Shown: one piece after another, positions 62,093 to 64,000 of the stretch | Position numbering within the stretch: the first letter of the stretch is position 1 | Layout: every line of letters begins with the position of its first letter | Source: the human T2T-CHM13v2.0 reference genome, Homo sapiens | NCBI RefSeq assembly: GCF_009914755.1 | Contig: NC_060929.1 | DNA: 64,000 nucleotides | Strand: one strand, 5' to 3' | Notes under the pieces: model-generated | What the model was told of the DNA's origin: nothing | What the model saw: the letters and a program-made list of their open reading frames with translations, nothing else | Databases searched by the model: none | Program-made: the position numbers and the translations under genes

Positions 62093-62402
62093 ACTCTCAG
62101 CCCTCCATATCTGCAGGCTCCACAACTGCAGATCAAAAATATGCAGGAAAAAAATACAGTAAAAAATAATACAATTAAAAATATACTACAAATTTTAAAA
62201 ATAGAGTATAACTATTAACATAGCATTTACATTGTATTAGGTATTATAAGTAATCTAGAGACGATTTCAAGTATATAGGAGGACGTGCATAGGTTATATG
62301 CAAATACTATGTCATTTTATATAAGGGACTTGAGCATCCTCAGATTTTGGTATGGGGTGGTCCTGGGACAAATCCCCTGTGTAGACACTGAGGGACAACT
62401 GT
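62093..62402. mobile_element. MER2/MER8-like Tigger MITE
   Basis: cagccctccatatctg...tttacattgtattaggtattataagtaatctagag...gagggacaactg. Confidence 0.75.
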
Positions 62403-63559
62403 TAAATTCTGGCAATTAGGTATTCAAGATCACATAGTCTAATATAAACTTAAAATGAATTAGTATACACATCTATAATCTATTCTCAAGAAATGTTCTG
62501 CATAAATTAAGGATATCAAAATGAAGTGGAAAGCGATTTCTTCATCCTTCTCCAATTTACTCTACACACTAAAAACATTAGCTTGACAAGCTTTAAAAGT
62601 AATATGCCTGGTTTTAATCCTAGGTGGTAGTGATCACAAACCATTAACTATACGAAGTGTGATGGCAGAACTGGCCTGAAAGTCACTAATAAAGAAAACT
62701 GAACTCATGCTGTTACCACCCACTTCCAGTGAATGGGTCTTAATGTCCAACAATCCTCTTAGTTTACTCTCATCAATCCTTCCCATATTCTCCATGATGG
62801 CTAATTCAAACCTTCTTTCCTCTCTTCACATCTCCAACCCCCTTCAAACGTCTAACTCTCCACTCGGTAGAGGACATCTACTTTACAGGAAAAATAGATA
62901 CAATCAAATGGGAACCCTCTCACTTCCCACCAATAAGCTCACAAAGTCACTTATATCTACATCTGTCTTTTCTTAGACCCCAGAAATAATAGAGCATCTT
63001 CTATAGAAAGCAAATCTCTCTATCTGTGCTTTAGAGCCCACTTTCTTTGATTTTCAGGAACTTCCGCTATTGAATAGTCTTCCTCTATCTTCTTTAATCT
63101 CTTTTCTATTTTGAATCCTTCCTATCAGCATTGTGTAATACCTGTAAGTCTCTTTCATTTTTTCTAGAGAATAACAGTAATTTCCCCGTTCGACAGCCTT
63201 CTCTCAACCTCATATTCACAGCCACTTTTCAAGACTTGTTCTCACTGTTTCCATTTTCTCATATCTCCCACACAGTATCCATCTGATTTCTACTTCAGCA
63301 TATTCCACTGAAACATATACCATAAAGGAAGATTCACTCCATCTTGACAAATTATTTTTCCTCAACTTAAATCTCAGCAGTATCCTACATGGTACACCAT
63401 ATTCCTTGCTTTATTACTACATTGATGATCAATCCTTTATCCTCCCATTTGCTGGCTCTTCCTCTAGCCAAGTACTCCAAAAATAAAGTTGAATTCCTAC
63501 CTCAAACCTTCTATACCAAAAAAGCACTTAAAAATGTTAAAAAATTTAAGAAGAAAAAA

Positions 63560-63790
63560 CAGTATGCCTATTGGTTTAAGAGAATGGATTCTGAACCCAA
63601 ACTGCATGAGTTAGAAGCTGGTCTCCATCACCCACTAGCTACATGACTTTGGACATGTTATTTAATCAAACATTCTGCAAGTCTAGTTCCCCTTCTATAA
63701 AATTGAGTTAGAAATTCCATCTACTTCATCAAGCTGTGATTAGAAATTGTGCCTGGTACAGAGTTATGTTAGTACTATTTGTTTTTATTG
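63560..63790 (+). mobile_element. MIR
   Basis: ggtttaagagaatggattctgaaccc...actagctacatgactttggacatgttatttaa. Confidence 0.65.
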
Positions 63791-64000
63791 TCACTGTTAT
63801 TATCACTACTAGAAGACACAATTTTTCTTATGATGTCAAGAATAAAGACTTTCAAAAAGAGACAGCAGTCTCCTAAATGATAAAAGAAGATCAAAACAAG
63901 TTGAAAAAAATAAAATAAAATTTCTGCATGAAGAAACTATAATATAAACAATGTAAAAAGATAAACTGGGGAAAAGTAGAACTCACCAAAAAGAGCTAAT

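Overview
Human/primate, AT-rich, repeat-dense genomic DNA. The minus strand carries coding exons 2-12 and the 3' UTR of TMEM161B. I spliced the 11 exons by hand (104+84+98+157+152+61+141+114+175+97+278 = 1461 nt). All junctions are GT-AG and stay in frame, giving [10 protein letters not shown]...HQYLTVA*, which is a 487-aa protein once the ATG from exon 1 (right of this window) is added. Intron 5 (13.4 kb) has U12-type (minor spliceosome) signals. Downstream of the gene (positions 1-13 kb) is a mosaic of old L1, Tigger and Alu elements and a truncated class-I endogenous retrovirus (RNase H/integrase, deleted env, PPT, 3' LTR). Nearly all other ORFs in the track are Alu/L1 or random noise. Best leads: the U12 intron; two candidate poison exons (a 19-nt microexon in intron 4 and a strong acceptor in intron 8); a non-repeat island with gene-like splice signals about 10 kb downstream; a tailless 5S rRNA retrocopy with a target-site duplication (TSD); and atypical Alu insertions (about 70-bp TSD, tailless with perfect TSD, nested). 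I see no evidence of a wholly new gene system. Repeat family names come from recalled consensus sequences and need RepeatMasker/Dfam confirmation. Boundaries of old repeats are approximate.
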